A DNA stretch of 64,000 nt from contig JBGSYD010000001.1 in NCBI GenBank assembly GCA_041751055.1, forward strand, positions 121,347 through 185,346, written 5' to 3'. This document shows positions 1 to 9,919 of the stretch, piece after piece. The notes beneath the pieces are model-generated. The model saw nothing but the letters and a program-made list of their open reading frames with translations. It did no database searches and was not told the origin of the DNA. The translations under genes and the position numbers were made by a program. How positions within the stretch are numbered: position 1 is the first letter of the stretch; the number at the start of each line of letters is the position of its first letter. This DNA comes from Acidimicrobiia bacterium. GTDB taxonomy: Bacteria; Actinomycetota; Acidimicrobiia; Spongiisociales; ZC4RG35.

Positions 1-1040
1 GGGAGCTCGGGGCGATCCCGGTGGGGGACGAGAAACGTAGTTAGGTTGAACAGGTCGGCAAATACCCGGGACCTCTCTGCGGATTTCTCGAGGTACTTGG
101 CGCCGGCCGAGCCCCCGGTGCCGATCCTACGCCCGATCATCCTCAGTGCCATCTGGGCATGGCGATAGCGCCACGCCGTGAAGTTCTCATCGATGTCCAT
201 CAGCAACTCGAGCATGCGATGGGGCTCCTGGAGTGCAGGCAGGTCCCGATAGAGGTTGATGAATAGCGCAGCCTGAAAGGCGCGATGGCTGAGACCACGT
301 TGGCCGACTTTGGTCATGCTCTTGTGCTTCTCGGGGTCAAAAACGGCTTCGTACTGGCGCATGGTCAGCTCGAAGTCCTTTAGCTGGGCGGCCCGTTGTT
401 CGTCATTGAGATTGGGATTCGAATCGATCACATCCCGGTCGGCCTCCAAACGACTGCGAACCGCATCCTGGAAGGCGTCCCAGAATTTGAAATCGCCGTC
501 CTCCAGGAACGGCGTTCGTTCGAGCCAACCGTTGACTTCGTCGAAAAGCGACTTTGCAGATTCACTCTCGATGACCTTTTCCCGGTCGTCATCGTCGAAA
601 CGCTCTGTGTATGCGCCACCCTCGAATAGAAGTCGGTCTTCCCGGCGCATCCCGAGCTTGTTCTCGACCAGGCGAAACTGAGCGGACTGGAATCCGGAAG
701 CCGGGAACAAGTAATCGCGGAAGTCGAGAAAGTCGAGGGGAGTCATCGTTTCTAACACTGAGATCTGTTTGATCAGCAACTCCTGGATCTCGGTAATCCT
801 TCGCAGCCGGGACACGACCCGTCCCATATCTCCCTCCGCAACCCTCTCCCCTCCGAACATTGCGAGGACGTCGTCGAGCTCCCATAGGATCTGTTTGAAC
901 CAGAGCTCATACGCCTGATGGACGATGATGAAAAGCATCTCGTCGTGTTGCGGGTTTCCGTCTTTGGCGCTCTCGAGCTCCTGGGAGCTGAGCAGCTTGT
1001 CCAGGTGGAGGTAGTCGCTGTAGTAGATGGAGTCGCCCAT
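1..1040 (-). CDS. kynA: Tryptophan 2,3-dioxygenase (3' end runs off the window)
   Basis: Translated by hand, absent from the ORF track: MGDSIYYSDYLHLDKLLSSQ...HDEMLFIIVHQAYELWFKQI...FRDYLFPASGFQSAQFR...GTGGSAG, which are TDO motifs. Confidence 0.93.
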   Translation of the reverse strand, partial: MGDSIYYSDYLHLDKLLSSQELESAKDGNPQHDEMLFIIVHQAYELWFKQILWELDDVLAMFGGERVAEGDMGRVVSRLRRITEIQELLIKQISVLETMTPLDFLDFRDYLFPASGFQSAQFRLVENKLGMRREDRLLFEGGAYTERFDDDDREKVIESESAKSLFDEVNGWLERTPFLEDGDFKFWDAFQDAVRSRLEADRDVIDSNPNLNDEQRAAQLKDFELTMRQYEAVFDPEKHKSMTKVGQRGLSHRAFQAALFINLYRDLPALQEPHRMLELLMDIDENFTAWRYRHAQMALRMIGRRIGTGGSAGAKYLEKSAERSRVFADLFNLTTFLVPHRDRPEL

Positions 1041-1049
1041 AACCAGAAG

Positions 1050-1868
1050 CTAGTGGTGCGGATCGCTGAGCGAGACACCGGACCAGTCCGCAGACCTCTC
1101 CCACAATTCGACGGCCAGATCCTCGTCGCGGGCAGCTTGGGATGGCATGGCGGGCTCACCTCGGACGTAGTAGCCCCCGGTCTCTGTGGCTAACTCCGGG
1201 TCGGTCGCGCACCAGATGCTGGTTGCTGCAGCCGCTTCGTGGCTGATCAGTCGGTGCCGCACAAATGGCTTCGCCCAGAAAGGAATGATGCCAGTGCCGG
1301 AGAAGCCGGGATGGACTGCATAGGTCCGCCATTCGGGCCGCCGACGTGCCAATTCCGATGTGAACAAGATATTGGCCAATTTGGAGACAGCGTATTCGTC
1401 GAGGCCCGCCACCGTCTTGGTAGGCCTGGTGACGGCATCGAAGTCGATGCCGTCGACTCTTTGGTGCACAGCGCTGGCGACCGTGACAACCCGCGCCCCG
1501 TCAGCGATTGCCCCGGAGAGCAGGTTCGTTAGGAGGAAATGTCCCAGGTGGTTGATTCCGAAATGGGTCTCGAAGCCGTCTGCGGTGAGCCCGCGCACCC
1601 GCCAAACGCCAGCGTTGTTGACCAGTACGTCCAGCGACATATTCCGTGACGCATAGTCGTCCGCGGCCAGTCGCACCGAGTCGAGCGAGGCAAGGTCCAG
1701 CGCCAGGAATTCCGCCGATCCTCGAGCTTTTGTGATTGCGTCGACCACAGGTCCGACCCGATCCTCCGACCGTCCTGCCGCCACGATGTGGTAACCCAAA
1801 CGGGCCATCTCGAGAGCGGTTACCCTCCCGATCCCCGACGACGGGCCGGTGATCAATGCCGTTTTCAT
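1050..1868 (-). CDS. Short-chain dehydrogenase/reductase (retinol dehydrogenase-like)
   Basis: TGxxxGIG, NNAG, NHLGHF and YAVSK motifs; start moved to MKTALITG. Confidence 0.88.
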   Translation of the reverse strand: MKTALITGPSSGIGRVTALEMARLGYHIVAAGRSEDRVGPVVDAITKARGSAEFLALDLASLDSVRLAADDYASRNMSLDVLVNNAGVWRVRGLTADGFETHFGINHLGHFLLTNLLSGAIADGARVVTVASAVHQRVDGIDFDAVTRPTKTVAGLDEYAVSKLANILFTSELARRRPEWRTYAVHPGFSGTGIIPFWAKPFVRHRLISHEAAAATSIWCATDPELATETGGYYVRGEPAMPSQAARDEDLAVELWERSADWSGVSLSDPHH

Positions 1869-1874
1869 CAAAGC

Positions 1875-1900
1875 TGACGGTAGTACCGCTACTACCGTCA
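1875..1900. promoter_or_regulatory. 10-bp inverted repeat carrying back-to-back TACCGT -10 elements for two divergent genes
   Basis: TGACGGTAGT-N6-ACTACCGTCA; each TACCGT lies 7-8 nt before a start codon (1868 and 1906). Confidence 0.55.
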
Positions 1901-1905
1901 TTCAG

Positions 1906-3405
1906 GTGACTGACTGGCCCGACGTGCTCAATGTCGACGACCTGTTTCTGCGCAGCCATCTCGCCGGGGATAGTGATCGAGTAGCCCTCCGCACCGATGA
2001 CGGCGACGTCACATATGCCGGGGTCGATCGGATGACGTCGGCTTACGCCCGGGCACTCGCTTCGGCCGGCGTCGCCAGGGCCGACCGGGTTCTCATCGTG
2101 TTGCCGGATAACCAGACCTACGTGGCAGCCTTGTTTGCCATTTTCCGGATCGGCGCAGTTGCAGTGATGGTCAACCCGGGTCTTTCCGAAGCGGCCCTGG
2201 CCGGCATACTGCGGCGGGCCCAGGCCCCCGCCGTTTTTGTAGACAAGAGGTATCTGGCGGACTTCGATAAGGGTCGACTGGGCTCGGGGCTGTCCTTACA
2301 GGTGCTCAACCCCGACGAGATAGATGTCGATGGCGCTGAAGATTTTCCGACCGCGGCCACCGGGCCAATGGACCCTGCAATATGGCTGTTCTCCGGGGGG
2401 ACCACCGGAGCCCCCAAAGCCGTAGTACAGACTCACCAGAGCCTCGTCAACACCACACGGTTGTACGGGCAGGGCTCGCTCCAGATGTCCGCAGCGGACA
2501 CCACGATGTCTGTCCCGAAACTCTATTTCGGGTACGCCACCGGGACCAACCTGTTGTTTCCATTCTCGGTAGGGGCTTCCGTGGCTCTTTTCGAGCAACA
2601 CCCAACGCCTGGGGAGTTGTTCACCAGGATCGAGAAGTATCGCCCAACGGTCTTGGTCAACGTCCCCTCGGCCATTAATCAAATGCTCGGGGACGCCTCT
2701 GCGTCGGGCCGCGATCTTTCGTCGTTGCGTCTGGCCACATCAGCGGGTGAGGCCCTGCCCGAGACCCTCTATCACCAATGGAAAGAGGCTTTTGGCGTCG
2801 AGCTCCTCGACGGTTTGGGCACTGCAGAGATGTGGCACATCTTCGTCACCAATATCGTTGGAGATGTCAAACCAGGGACGTTGGGCAAGGTGGTGCCGGG
2901 GTTTGAGATCAAGGTGTGCGACGACGACGGCGTCGAACTCCCTGTCGGGGAGGTGGGCAGATTGTGGGTGCGAGGCGAGTCATTGGGCCTGGAATACTTC
3001 GAGGAGCCGGAGCGAACTCGAGATGCCTTTCGGGGGGAGTGGTTCGTCGGTGGAGACCTGGTCTCGATCGATGCCGACGGGTATGTGACCCATCGGGGAC
3101 GCGCAGACGACGCGATAAAGGTGAAAGGCAAGTGGTTTCGGCCACAAGAAGTCGAATCCGTTCTGCTCGATCACGAGGCCGTGAGGGAGACCGCCGTAGT
3201 CGCCATCAACGACGAGTCGGGTTTGGCCAGGCCGGTTGCATTCGTCGTTGCGAGTGGCCCTGTGTCAGAACAAGACTTGATCGACTGGGTCCTCCGCCAC
3301 CTCGAGCCTTACAAGCACCCCCGCCGGGTGTATCTCGTTGATGAGCTCCCGCAAACTCACCTGGGTAAAGTGGACCGATCGGCTCTCAAGCGTCTCGCTG
3401 TGTGA
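1906..3405 (+). CDS. Benzoate/aminobenzoate-CoA ligase family protein
   Basis: AMP-binding motif FSGGTTGAPK, plus PKLYFGY, SAGEALP and DGLGTAEMWHIF; GTG start inferred. Confidence 0.85.
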   Translation: MTDWPDVLNVDDLFLRSHLAGDSDRVALRTDDGDVTYAGVDRMTSAYARALASAGVARADRVLIVLPDNQTYVAALFAIFRIGAVAVMVNPGLSEAALAGILRRAQAPAVFVDKRYLADFDKGRLGSGLSLQVLNPDEIDVDGAEDFPTAATGPMDPAIWLFSGGTTGAPKAVVQTHQSLVNTTRLYGQGSLQMSAADTTMSVPKLYFGYATGTNLLFPFSVGASVALFEQHPTPGELFTRIEKYRPTVLVNVPSAINQMLGDASASGRDLSSLRLATSAGEALPETLYHQWKEAFGVELLDGLGTAEMWHIFVTNIVGDVKPGTLGKVVPGFEIKVCDDDGVELPVGEVGRLWVRGESLGLEYFEEPERTRDAFRGEWFVGGDLVSIDADGYVTHRGRADDAIKVKGKWFRPQEVESVLLDHEAVRETAVVAINDESGLARPVAFVVASGPVSEQDLIDWVLRHLEPYKHPRRVYLVDELPQTHLGKVDRSALKRLAV

Positions 3406-3422
3406 CTTGAGCTCAACCAAAG

Positions 3423-3466
3423 AAGTACCCCTACCGGGAGCATCCGGTAGGGGTACTTGTTTTTAG
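3423..3466. terminator. Intrinsic terminator between convergent genes
   Basis: AAGTACCCCTACCGG-gagcat-CCGGTAGGGGTACTT followed by a T run. Confidence 0.85.
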
Positions 3467-3477
3467 TAGGTGTTTGG

Positions 3478-4173
3478 TCAGACTCTGGCGGTCTCCCTGG
3501 CATCGTCATGGATCCGAACCTCGAAGGCGTCAACCTTGGAGTTGCCGGCCCAATAGATCCCGAGTCCGGTGAGTAGGAACACCATTCCCAATCCGGCAAG
3601 GATTCCGGCTACACCAAGTCCCAACTGGAGGGTGGAGGCGGTAACCGTACCTACGCCCAGTTCACCGATCAGACCATGGGCGGTTCCGCTCCATGCCTGC
3701 TCTCGGGCTGGTCCCTCGATCGGGTGACTTCGGTCGAAGTCGGTCCAGTATTTGCCATCCACGTTGAACTCATATGTCCCCGCGGTGAACAACTCGCCGT
3801 TGTACTCGACATCTTCGGCGAGAACCACGGTCTGGGTCCCGTTGAGGGTGTGATAGGCAATGGTCGCCATCTGGAACATGTACTCGGTGGCGGTGTTCAC
3901 CAACGGGTCATTCGGGTCCAGATCGCCCTCGACGACGGGGTATTCCCAATCGTTTTCGAGGAGGACCAATATTGCCTCGGCACCTTCGGTGGTGCCACGG
4001 TCGATAAGCTGACCATCTTCGTTGTAGCCGAGCTCAACGCTCTGCGCCTCACTGAAGGCCTGTAGCGAGCCATACCCATCCTGGACTTTCGCGTACGCGA
4101 TGCCGCCCGCGACCAGAAATCCGATCCCGAACAATGCCAATACAACTCCAACCATTTGGAAACGCTTGGCCAT
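3478..4173 (-). CDS. Hypothetical membrane protein with N- and C-terminal TM helices
   Basis: 231-aa ORF, AAGGGAG SD upstream, hydrophobic termini. Confidence 0.75.
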   Translation of the reverse strand: MAKRFQMVGVVLALFGIGFLVAGGIAYAKVQDGYGSLQAFSEAQSVELGYNEDGQLIDRGTTEGAEAILVLLENDWEYPVVEGDLDPNDPLVNTATEYMFQMATIAYHTLNGTQTVVLAEDVEYNGELFTAGTYEFNVDGKYWTDFDRSHPIEGPAREQAWSGTAHGLIGELGVGTVTASTLQLGLGVAGILAGLGMVFLLTGLGIYWAGNSKVDAFEVRIHDDARETARV

Positions 4174-4334
4174 GAAAGTTCACTCCCTTTCGTATTTGTG
4201 AATCTCCCCTCATCATCGCCAAACACTCGCCTGCCAGGTAGAGGATTAGGTCCCCCGGGTCCGGGACAAGGTGCCCGAGTTGGCCGGGACGTTCGGCATT
4301 CGAATCTGTCCCAAAAGAACGCGAAGATGGGGGA

Positions 4335-5555
4335 ATGGAACCGACGATCCTCCACGCCGACGTCGACGCCTTCTATGCGTCCGTGGAACAACTCCTCGAT
4401 CCATCATTGCGGGGCATTCCGATGGCGGTGGGCGGCGGAGTAATCCTGGCGGCATCGTATGAGGCGAGATCGTATGGGGTCCGGGCTCCGATGAACATCC
4501 GAGAAGCGCGCCAGTTGTGCCCGATGCTGCGGGTTGTCGATGGCCACTTCGAGCGTTATATGGATTACTCCGAGAAGGTCATGGCGATCATTGATGATTT
4601 CACACCTGTGGTGGAACAGATCAGCGTTGACGAGGCCTTTCTGGACGTTCTCGGCACCACACATCTGCTCGGGGAGCCGAGTGTCATAGCCCGTGAGATC
4701 CGCCGACGGGTCCGTGATGAGGTCGGCCTGCCGATCTCCATCGGTATCGCCTCGACAAAATTTCTTGCCAAGATCGCATCTGCTCGGGCCAAACCCGACG
4801 GGATGGTCCTCGTCCCACCTGAGACCGAATTGGATTTTCTCCATGCGCTCCCGATAGAGGCCATGTGGGGGGTCGGACCGGTCACTTCGAGGCGCCTGCG
4901 GGGAATGGGCATCGAGGATATCGGTCAATTGGCGGCCGTTCCCGACTCCGTGCTGGGCAAGGGGCTCGGATCTGTCGTTGGGACCAGTCTGCATTCTCTG
5001 GCCAACAACCGCGACCCGCGGCCGGTGCTACGTGGGCGCCGGGCGGGCAGTGTGGGCAGTCAGCAGGCTTTGGGCCCCGGTCTCAAAGATTTCTCCGAGA
5101 TGGAAACGGTGGTCCGGGGTCTGGCTGATCGGGTCGGTAGAAGGCTGCGACACAAAGAGCGTTCAGGATCTACAATCACAGTCCGGCTCCGCTTCCCGGG
5201 CCCGCGTCGAATCTCCCGAAGTCATACCCTGCGTTGGCCGACCGCGTCAACGAGGGCCATCGGGTCAATAGGGGCCGAACTGCTCACACGCGGCCTGATC
5301 GACGAAGCAGAGCCGGTCACTCTGATAGGCATCTCGGTCTCGAACCTCGCTAGCAATCAGTATGCGCAGCTCGAGCTGGGTTTTGATGATGGCGATGCCA
5401 CCCGGCCGGGAACTCGGGCCGCTGACCAAATGGCGTCGTTGGATCATGAGGTCGACATGATCCGGGAGAAGTACGGGAACGCAGCCTTGAAGATCGGCGC
5501 CAGAGCCGATACCGGCACTTCCGACGACTTCCGCCGCCTCGCCGAGCGTCCTTGA
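4335..5555 (+). CDS. dinB: DNA polymerase IV (Y family)
   Basis: HADVDAFYASVEQ, ASYEAR, SVDEAFLD, KFLAKIAS..AKPDG. Confidence 0.95.
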   Translation: MEPTILHADVDAFYASVEQLLDPSLRGIPMAVGGGVILAASYEARSYGVRAPMNIREARQLCPMLRVVDGHFERYMDYSEKVMAIIDDFTPVVEQISVDEAFLDVLGTTHLLGEPSVIAREIRRRVRDEVGLPISIGIASTKFLAKIASARAKPDGMVLVPPETELDFLHALPIEAMWGVGPVTSRRLRGMGIEDIGQLAAVPDSVLGKGLGSVVGTSLHSLANNRDPRPVLRGRRAGSVGSQQALGPGLKDFSEMETVVRGLADRVGRRLRHKERSGSTITVRLRFPGPRRISRSHTLRWPTASTRAIGSIGAELLTRGLIDEAEPVTLIGISVSNLASNQYAQLELGFDDGDATRPGTRAADQMASLDHEVDMIREKYGNAALKIGARADTGTSDDFRRLAERP

Positions 5556-5556
5556 T

Positions 5557-6117
5557 TCAGCCCTCCTCCAGGACTCGAATGGGTCCCTTGAATTCAGGGT
5601 GTTTCCCTTCGATTCCCTCGTAAAACGATCTGATTCGATCCATGATCTCCGAGTAGGACCCAAGTGGAGTGATCGGCTCTCCCAGCGTGACCTCTTTCCT
5701 CCCGTAGTCGACACCCGCCGGGACGATGGGCGCTCCGGTCTTCTTGGCAATGAGCAGAAATCCGGATTTCCACATCGGTGCAGCCCGGCGGGTACCTTCC
5801 GGGGCAATAACCAGGGCAATCTCATCCTCTTGAGCGAAGGTCCGGGCCACCTGAGCGATGACGCCTCCAGCCTGGCGCCGGTCCACCGGGATTCCACCCC
5901 AGCGCCTGAACAGCCACCCAAAGGGCCCTTCAAAGAGGGTGTGTTTTCCCAGGTAGCGTGGTCTGAAGTTCCAATGGCTGATGGCAGCCAGATAGATGAC
6001 AAAATCCCAGTTGGTCGTATGGGGAGCACCGATCACAATGAATTTCGCCTCGTTGGGCAGATCGCCTATTAGCTTCCAACCCCGAAGCTTCAGATACTTC
6101 TCAGCCAGCCACTTCAT
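5557..6117 (-). CDS. Lysophospholipid/glycerol acyltransferase
   Basis: PHTTNWD (HxxxxD), GGIPVDR, APEGTR. Confidence 0.9.
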   Translation of the reverse strand: MKWLAEKYLKLRGWKLIGDLPNEAKFIVIGAPHTTNWDFVIYLAAISHWNFRPRYLGKHTLFEGPFGWLFRRWGGIPVDRRQAGGVIAQVARTFAQEDEIALVIAPEGTRRAAPMWKSGFLLIAKKTGAPIVPAGVDYGRKEVTLGEPITPLGSYSEIMDRIRSFYEGIEGKHPEFKGPIRVLEEG

Positions 6118-6145
6118 GAGCTAAATCCCGATGATTTTCGACGAG

Positions 6146-7756
6146 CTAAGTGTGGAGCGCCGGGACGCTCTTGAAGCCGGTTTCGTCGACCCAGATGATC
6201 GAGTCAAAACCAACGGTCTGTTCGGCGATATGCGCAGCCATCTCCTCAGTGATAACTCCGATCTCGTCACCGCGATGGATGATCCGAAGACTTGCCTCGT
6301 CAGGAAGCTTCGCGGCCAGCGGGCCGGGGTGACTGCAGATCACAGTTAAGACATAAGGTCTGCTGCCGGGCTCGTCCCGAAGCTCGGCGTCGGCCCGGTT
6401 CTGCGTTATCAGATGGAAAGTTGCTCCACCAGCCAGGAGAGCCAGGGTCAGCTCGGTGACCAGAGTGGATGGTCGCGGATCCAGGCCGAATAGGGACTGG
6501 AAGATATAAAGCAGCACACCTACGACCGCACCGGCCGTTATCAGACCGAGAATGACGGCCAGCCCGATCACGTAGAACTTGCGGGGCAACGATGCCGCCT
6601 CTTCGGTCCGCGGCGCTTCCTGGGCATCGGACCAGAACATCCACCAGACCACCGCGCCGACGGCCAGGACGATGACGAGTGTGATGCCCTCGGCGGCGAC
6701 GTTGTTGATCAATGAATCGCTTGTTACCAGGATTCGGGCAAGCGCTACCCCGGCCGTTATGGCAGTCCCCAGGCCGATCGCTGCGGTCAGGTACTGATAG
6801 GCACGTTCGGCGTCATTGCGCTCCTTGCCAAAACCCGGCCGGTGATGGGCCCACACCAGAGCCGCTGTCACGAGCACCGCAAGGATCGCCGGTGAGGCCA
6901 CGAAATGTTGTCCTGGCGCACTGGGCCGATCTAGCAGGTAGACGACTATCAGGATTCCGAGTGAGCCTGCCGCGGCGATCATTGTGACGAACGACCCTGT
7001 TACCACGAGAACGAGATAGGTGAATTTGGTCCCGTCCGCGGGCTGGCTCCACGGCGCCATCCAGCGCACAGACCAAACCAGTCCTCCTACGACCGCCATT
7101 GAAACGCCAATCGCCAGTTGGGACGAACCTGCGGTTGCGGTAAACGAGCCGTAGATGCGCTCAAAAATCCAGAACAGAATCCAGCCGACTCCGGCGGAGA
7201 GGGTCGTCAGACCGATGAACGACCCGACAACGCGGTGGATCTGAGAGATGTTGCCACCCGGCTGATCGACACGCGATGCCCACTCATGCAGCGCCACCAC
7301 ACCGAAGATGATGATCACATCGGTCAAACGCGGGAACTCGCCGTCTCCGAGGAGTGCAAACAGGATCAAGGCTCCGTACACGACCGCCCACGTCAGGTAG
7401 ATGGCGTCCGTTATGGCGAGGTAGACCGACCATCCTGAACTGTCAAGGAACTGCGACCTGCGCTCGTCCTGGCGCTTCCAGAGGATGTACGAGATAGGGG
7501 CGGCGACGATAATCCCGGCGAGGGCGCCGGCGAGCTCGGCCTGCGATCCTTCGCCGATGAGACCCTGATCAGGAAAGGCAGCCCTTGCCAACAGGATCAG
7601 CGACCAGACCGTTCCGCCAACGAAGATCCCGAGGAGGCCATATGCGACCAGGTCGGCTCCGACAGACTGGTTCTTAGAAGACAGAGCACGAACCAGGATG
7701 AAAATCCCCGCGATGACAATTCCCGCCAGGAACACGAGACCAAGCGCGATGCTCAT
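6146..7756 (-). CDS. Polytopic membrane protein (DUF5671-like repeats)
   Basis: 536-aa ORF with many TM segments and repeated W..H/Y.YL motifs. Confidence 0.7.
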   Translation of the reverse strand: MSIALGLVFLAGIVIAGIFILVRALSSKNQSVGADLVAYGLLGIFVGGTVWSLILLARAAFPDQGLIGEGSQAELAGALAGIIVAAPISYILWKRQDERRSQFLDSSGWSVYLAITDAIYLTWAVVYGALILFALLGDGEFPRLTDVIIIFGVVALHEWASRVDQPGGNISQIHRVVGSFIGLTTLSAGVGWILFWIFERIYGSFTATAGSSQLAIGVSMAVVGGLVWSVRWMAPWSQPADGTKFTYLVLVVTGSFVTMIAAAGSLGILIVVYLLDRPSAPGQHFVASPAILAVLVTAALVWAHHRPGFGKERNDAERAYQYLTAAIGLGTAITAGVALARILVTSDSLINNVAAEGITLVIVLAVGAVVWWMFWSDAQEAPRTEEAASLPRKFYVIGLAVILGLITAGAVVGVLLYIFQSLFGLDPRPSTLVTELTLALLAGGATFHLITQNRADAELRDEPGSRPYVLTVICSHPGPLAAKLPDEASLRIIHRGDEIGVITEEMAAHIAEQTVGFDSIIWVDETGFKSVPALHT

Positions 7757-8199
7757 TCACGACACCCGTATGTGAAATAAGGCCATGGGTCCAATGTGAT
7801 GACCCATTCGCCATCTTCCTCCATCAATGAGAATCGTTCGTAGTAGCCGTCGATCCCGGGATCAAGGGGCGTGGCGCCGAACTGAATAGACGCCTCCACG
7901 GTCACACTATCGCCAAATTCGTTGATGTCCCCGAGGACTGCATTGAAAGTGTCGTAATAGACGTTGTTGGCGATGTCGGTGGGGGAGCAGTCTCTTTGAA
8001 TATCGGTACTGAGATAGCTGTACGCATCGTCGTAATCCTTGTCGGCTATCGCCTGTAGATAGGCCTGAACAGTCCCCTCTGGCGTATCTGGATCCAGTTC
8101 AAGGGGTTTCCTGGTTAGTGCGATAACGCTGAGAATCGCGATTATGACCAGTGCAACAATCGGCAGTGTCCAATTTCGATTGCCAACGTTCTCACCCAT
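7753..8199 (-). CDS. Membrane-anchored hypothetical protein (NTF2/DUF4878-like)
   Basis: N-terminal TM, TPEGTVQAYLQAI..DY..AY, L..EDGEWVI; 4-nt overlap with the next gene. Confidence 0.65.
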   Translation of the reverse strand: MGENVGNRNWTLPIVALVIIAILSVIALTRKPLELDPDTPEGTVQAYLQAIADKDYDDAYSYLSTDIQRDCSPTDIANNVYYDTFNAVLGDINEFGDSVTVEASIQFGATPLDPGIDGYYERFSLMEEDGEWVITLDPWPYFTYGCRE

Positions 8200-8245
8200 A
8201 CCGACATTGTGCCAGTCGTTTCAAGGCTGAACAGGGAGCAATGTC

Positions 8246-9583
8246 CTATTTGTTGAGGGCAGCCAGGACTTCGGGCACTCCGGCGTCGGCCAATACGACT
8301 GGCTTGTAGCCGTATCGGTGGAGAAATGAAGCGGCCACCGAGGCGCGGTATCCGGTGCCGCACGCAATCAGCACTGGCTGATCGGCATCGAGGCCAGACG
8401 GTGGCCGCGATGCCACATCCGGGGCGTAGTCCAGGACCGACTCGTCGATGACTCCCGAGTCCCACTCCGACGGTGCCCGGACATCCAACATCTGAGGGCC
8501 GGATTTCACCATGGATACGAATTCGGCGAGATCGACTATTTGGTGCGAAGCCAGCTTCATGTTCCAGACGCTCAAGTTGGTGACCACGCCGGCAACCTGG
8601 TCGAATCCGATTCGAGCGAGTTGTCGAATTGCTTCATCGAGGTTCTGGTCCGGGTCCACGACGAGCACCAGTTTGGAGTTGAACTCGGCGACCCAGCCCA
8701 CCCAAACCCCGAAATCGTCGCGAAGCTCAACCCCCAATGAGCCGGGAATGTGGCCGGCCGCGAACTCTTTCTTCGGTCGGGCATCGATGACAGTCACCTG
8801 CGAAGAGATCGGCTTGAACTGCTCCTCGTTTAAGACCGGAGGTCGGGGAGTCTCATCGCTAGGGGGTAGTCCGGCCAGGTTGGCCGGGCCCATGTGCTGG
8901 TAGTAGGCAGGGAAGGGGACCAAGCCCGAGAGATGAGAAGACACAAACGAATCGGCATCCCGATGGGCCAATGACGGGTTGGTCTTTTTCTCGGCCCCAA
9001 TGCTGGATGCACCCTTTGTCGTGATCGATGCCGTACAAAAGCTCCCGGCCCCGTGTGTCGGGTACAAAGCCGTCGAATCGGGCAAGCTTGCAAGCCGGTT
9101 GACTGAGATGTACTGAAGTCGAGCCAGAGATTCTGCCCTCTGCATACCGAGCAGGTCGCTGCGGCCCGCGGAGCCAACCAGCAGACTTCCCCCCGAAAAG
9201 ACAGCCTGCTCAACTCCGTCGACGACGACCACATAGGACATGTGCTCGGGCGTGTGGCCCGGAGTGTGAATGGGACGGATGGTGAAGCCGGGGCCATCGA
9301 TGTCTTCCATATGAAATGCTGGCCGGTGTCGGTAGGCGGGAGCTGCACCTCCAGGGATAACCAACTCGGCCCCGAGTTTGGCGGCGATGTCTTTGGCACC
9401 CGAAACGTAATCGTTGTGCAGGTGGGTGTCGAGCACCCAACGGACATCCACTTCCAGAGCGTCGATCACCTTCTCGAAACGATCTATGTCGCGTTGCGGA
9501 TCAACGACCAACCCGACTCCGTCGAAACTCAAAACATAAGTCGAGTCTCCCAAGCCAGCGGTTCTGATCGTCTCGACGTCCAT
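8246..9583 (-). CDS. MBL-fold hydrolase fused to two rhodanese domains (persulfide dioxygenase-sulfurtransferase, CstB-like)
   Basis: THLHNDY, HTPGHTPEH, PTHGAGSFC, GHIPGS, C-terminal CGTGYR. Confidence 0.87.
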   Translation of the reverse strand: MDVETIRTAGLGDSTYVLSFDGVGLVVDPQRDIDRFEKVIDALEVDVRWVLDTHLHNDYVSGAKDIAAKLGAELVIPGGAAPAYRHRPAFHMEDIDGPGFTIRPIHTPGHTPEHMSYVVVVDGVEQAVFSGGSLLVGSAGRSDLLGMQRAESLARLQYISVNRLASLPDSTALYPTHGAGSFCTASITTKGASSIGAEKKTNPSLAHRDADSFVSSHLSGLVPFPAYYQHMGPANLAGLPPSDETPRPPVLNEEQFKPISSQVTVIDARPKKEFAAGHIPGSLGVELRDDFGVWVGWVAEFNSKLVLVVDPDQNLDEAIRQLARIGFDQVAGVVTNLSVWNMKLASHQIVDLAEFVSMVKSGPQMLDVRAPSEWDSGVIDESVLDYAPDVASRPPSGLDADQPVLIACGTGYRASVAASFLHRYGYKPVVLADAGVPEVLAALNK

Positions 9584-9586
9584 GAA

Positions 9587-9892
9587 TCAGTCTTGCATCC
9601 CGAGTGCTTTGACCCCGCCTGCCATGTTGGCCACAGTCTCGAAGCCCTGTGCCGAGAGATAGGCGGCAACCTGGCCGCTCCGCCCCCCGGACCTGCAGAC
9701 ACACAATATGGGCTTGGTCTTGTCGAACTCCTCGAGTTTCGTCACGACCTCACCCATGCTGACGAGTGTGGAGCCGGGGAGCGTCCCCAGCTCCCATTCG
9801 TCGGGCTCACGCACATCGAGGATCACGGCGTCGTTGTCGTCCGTCCATTGCTTCCATTCAACGGCCGGTACGTTCAGCGGCGACGACATCAA
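9587..9892 (-). CDS. Single-domain rhodanese (sulfurtransferase)
   Basis: LDVREPDEW, active-site loop CRSGGRS, NMAGG. Confidence 0.9.
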   Translation of the reverse strand: MMSSPLNVPAVEWKQWTDDNDAVILDVREPDEWELGTLPGSTLVSMGEVVTKLEEFDKTKPILCVCRSGGRSGQVAAYLSAQGFETVANMAGGVKALGMQD

Positions 9893-9919
9893 ATCGGTCC
9901 TTGGTGGATATACAGGTGC

